Shown here: in pieces, positions 60,720 to 64,000 of the stretch
Numbering within the stretch: the first letter of the stretch is position 1
Layout: every line of letters starts with the position of its first letter
From: Sphyrna mokarran
Lineage: Eukaryota
Assembly (NCBI GenBank): GCA_024679065.1
Contig: JAGIQG010000013.1
Coordinates: forward strand, 18,662,001 to 18,726,000
Reading direction: 5' to 3'
DNA: 64,000 nt
Made by a program: the position numbers and the translations under genes
The notes under the pieces: generated by a model
What the model saw: only the letters and a program-made list of their open reading frames with translations
Told to the model about the DNA's origin: nothing
The model's database searches: none

Positions 60720-63700
60720 GATCACTAGTAACCTGGTCGCATGATCATCAACACAGTCCCTGCTCTTATGGTCACCAAGAATTCCTCACCTCCCCCACTG
60801 CCCATTGAGGATGATGTACTCCCACACCAAAAATGACTTCTCAGGTAACTGAGGATTCCAGTGCAGTCTCTGGCACAGGCAGGTGGTGGCTGGAGGAGGC
60901 ATTTTGCCACGTGTTCTTTTCGTTGTTGATGCTTGAATTCAGCTTGTTCTCAGCAGTGTTCATTTCCTTTCCAGATATTTTTCCTCTACTTCGGGTGTCC
61001 TTGGGATTCCCAAGCATTGGTGGGGATGTTGCACTTTATCAAAGGGGTTTTGTGGATACCCTTGAAGTGTTTCCTCTGCCCTCATGGGGCTTGAGTTGAG
61101 TGGTTTGTTTCAGGAATCTGACATCAGACAGGCGGACAATATGGCCCATCTCATGGAACTGAATGAACGTGTTCAACACTATGATGTTGGGAATGTTGGC
61201 CTGAGCAAGAGCACTGACATTTGTTGGATAGGTTTACCAATGGATTTGCAGCATTTTACAGAGGTAGTGCCAATGATAATTTTCCAGGCTTTTCAGGTGC
61301 CTGCTACACATAGTCCACATCTCTAAGCCATATAAGAGGACAGATATCACGACTGTGCTGTTGACTATGAGCTCAATGCTGGTTCTGAGGTTCTTGTCAT
61401 CAAACACTCTCTTCTTCAAAGAACAAAGAACAATACAGAACGGGAAACAGGCCCTTCAGCCCAACGAGACAGCGCCGTCATTTTAACATTATGAGTGCCC
61501 TTCTTCAGGTGACAGAAGACTATCCTAGCAAACTGAAGGCTGTGTTGAACGTCGTTGTCAATATCGCCCTTATTAAAGTTTATTTATTAGTCACAAATAA
61601 ATCTTACATTAACACTGCAATGAAGCAGCTGTGAAATTCCCCTAGTACCCACACTCTGGCGCTTGTTCGTGTCAATGCACCTAACCAGCTCGTCTTTTGG
61701 ACTATGGGAGGAAACTGGAACACCTGGAGGAAGCCCACACAGACACAGGGAGAATGTGCAAACTCCAAACAGACAGTAACCTAAGCTGGAAATCAAACCC
61801 AGTCCGTGATGCTATGGGGCTGCAGTGCTAACCATTGCGTCATTGTACCATACGTTTTTGAAAGTGGGCTCTCAAGACATGGAAAGTTGATCATTCATCA
61901 TGGATTTTGTTAACTGCAGACTCATGATCTCATCTGCCTCAGTGAAGGTGAAGATGGTTGGACCTTGGCCTCTGAGCGTGCGCCGATGCAAACTTGAATC
62001 TGGCCTGAAGGCTACGGACATTGAGAAGATTCCCATTTGTTCTGTAGTTTATCTTGACACCAGTGGGGAATGATGGAGCAATTGTAACAATGAAGATTGA
62101 GAAGAGTATCAATGCAATGACAAAACCTTGCTTTATGACAACCCAAATGTGAATTGGGTGTCTGATGGATCCATTGGTCAGGATCACAGCTTACATGCCA
62201 TCCTAGAGCAGGCAGAGGATGGTGACAAACTTTTGGGGGCAGACTAATGGAGGAGGACATTCTGTAATCTCTCATGGCTGACAATGTTGAAGGCCAATGT
62301 AAGACCAAAGAAGGCTATGTACGAAGGTTGGTGCTGTTCCCTGCATATCCCTTGTAGATGCTGCACAGTGAGGGTCATGCCCCTTAGTAGAATCCACACT
62401 GTGATTCTTGGAACAGTGCTTCAGCGACAGACAGAAAGCAGTCATGGAGATTCTTGTGATGACTTTCCCTATAGCTGACCGCAAGGAAATTCCTCTGCAG
62501 TTACTGCAGTTGGATTTGTCACCTTTCTTGAACGTGGTCATAGAACATAGAACATAGAACATAGAACATTACAGCACAGAACAGGCCCTTCGGCCTTCGA
62601 TGTTGCGCCGACCAATATAAAAAGCAATGCCCCTCCAAACTAAACCATTCCCTTCTCTTCCATATACTTATCAACTAACCTCTTAAACGCCACCAAACTT
62701 GGCGCATCTACAACCGCTGCAGGCAGGGCATTCCACTCCCGAACCACCCTTTGGGTAAAGAACCTACCTCTGATATCCGTCCTATAACTATCACCCCTTA
62801 ATTTAAAGCTGTGTCCCCTCGTGCTAGCTTTTTCCATCCTAGGAAAAAGGCTATCACTGTCCACCCTATCTAAACCTCTAATCATCTTATATGTTTCGAT
62901 CAGGTCCCCTCTTAGCCTCCTCCTTTCTAACGAAAACAACCTCAAATCCCTCAGCCTCTCCTCATAAGACCTGCCCTCCATACCAGGCAACATCCTGGTA
63001 AACCTCCTCTGTACCCTCTCCAATGCCTCCACATCTTTCTTATAATGTGGGGACCAGAACTGCACACAATACTCCAAGTGCGGCCGCACTAGAGTTTTGT
63101 ACAGTTGCAACATGACGTTGCGGCTCCGAAATTCAATCCCTCTACCAATAAAAGCCAAGACTCCATATGCCTTCTTAACAACCTTCTCGACCTGACTGCC
63201 TACTTTCAGGGATCTATGCACATACACACCAAGATCCCTCTGTTCATCTAGACTACTAAGAATCCTACCATTTGCCCTATACTCTACACATTTATTATTT
63301 CTGCCATAGTGCATTACCTCACACTTTTCCACATTAAACTCCATTTGCCACCTCTCGGCCCAGCTCTGCAACTTGTCCAAGTCCCTCTGCAAACTATAAC
63401 ACCCTCTTCACTATCTACCACTCCACCGACTTTAGTGTCATCTGCAAATTTACTAATCCATCCTTCAATACCCTCATCCAGATCATTTATAAAAATTACA
63501 AACAGCAGGGGCCCCAAAACAGACCCCTGAGGTACACCACTTGTCACCGATAATTGTCATGATTATGGTCGTTGAGATCTCCTTCCAGATAAGGGAAATT
63601 AGGTCATGCATTCACACCAATTTTGCTTCTTCACCATGTTTTAGTGCTTTGTTAGGGATTCCATCTGCTCCTGATGCCTTGTTGTTCTTTAGCTGTCAAA

Positions 63701-63900
63701 TGGCCTTTTCCACTTCATGCCAGGTTGGGATAGTGAGCTGGGGGTGGGTAGTATGATGCAGAATGGAGTTCAGAACACTTGCATTGAAGACTGAATCTTC
63801 GTTAGGGAGGTCTCCTTACAGTGGGCACTAACTGCATCTCTTTCTTGATGAGCATTTCTCTGTTGTTGGCCAGCAGAGAGGCGGAGCCCAGGTGCTTGGT
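60720..63900 (-). mobile_element. Decayed RTE-clade LINE interrupted by a V-SINE and a young CR1
   Basis: FKKGDKSNCSNCRGISL, KQGFVIALILFSIF, VVISVLLYGLEMWT...LCKMLQIHW RTE-type motifs. Confidence 0.8.
62541..63543 (-). mobile_element. Young CR1 3' fragment (1 kb) inserted in the RTE
   Basis: [22 protein letters not shown]...FADDTK plus a 250-aa ORF with one frameshift; (tagaaca)n tail; gtca on both flanks is a possible 4-bp TSD. Confidence 0.95.
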
Positions 63901-64000
63901 CTGTAGATTGTCTAGAATCAATACAGTGCAGAAGGGGCTTTTTGACCCATTCAGTCTGCACCAACCACAATCCCACGCAGACCCTATCCCCATAACCCCA

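Noticed and set aside
1-64000. CRISPR arrays, prokaryotic operons or endogenous viral genes
   Set aside because: No regularly spaced repeat-spacer array; all long ORFs are explained by host exons or LINE RT fragments.

Overview
Eukaryotic, repeat-rich vertebrate DNA. It is most likely from a cartilaginous fish (shark or ray), inferred from the dense CR1 LINEs and HE1/V-type tRNA SINEs. Two spliced genes lie tail-to-tail. (1) On +, the last eight coding exons (3504-21563) of an HJURP-like CENP-A chaperone gene; the N-terminal Scm3 exons must lie upstream of the window. (2) On -, a complete six-exon TRAT1/TRIM T-cell adaptor gene (ATG 45899 to stop 30665, 195 aa). Both were rebuilt by hand from GT-AG sites with consistent phases. 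The rest is mostly nested retroelements: CR1, a second CR1/L2-group LINE, a near full-length Rex1/Babar, RTE, L2, about 20 V-SINEs and Penelope-like fragments. The most unusual items are a ~280 bp U2-snRNA-headed retroposon with an A-rich tail and an 11-bp target-site duplication (29790-30069), three inverted-duplication structures in introns, a 314-bp tandem duplication, and an AT-rich but CpG-retaining domain with a ~600 bp polypyrimidine tract at the TRAT1 5' end. Homology calls rest on remembered sequences, not database searches. Repeat boundaries are approximate.
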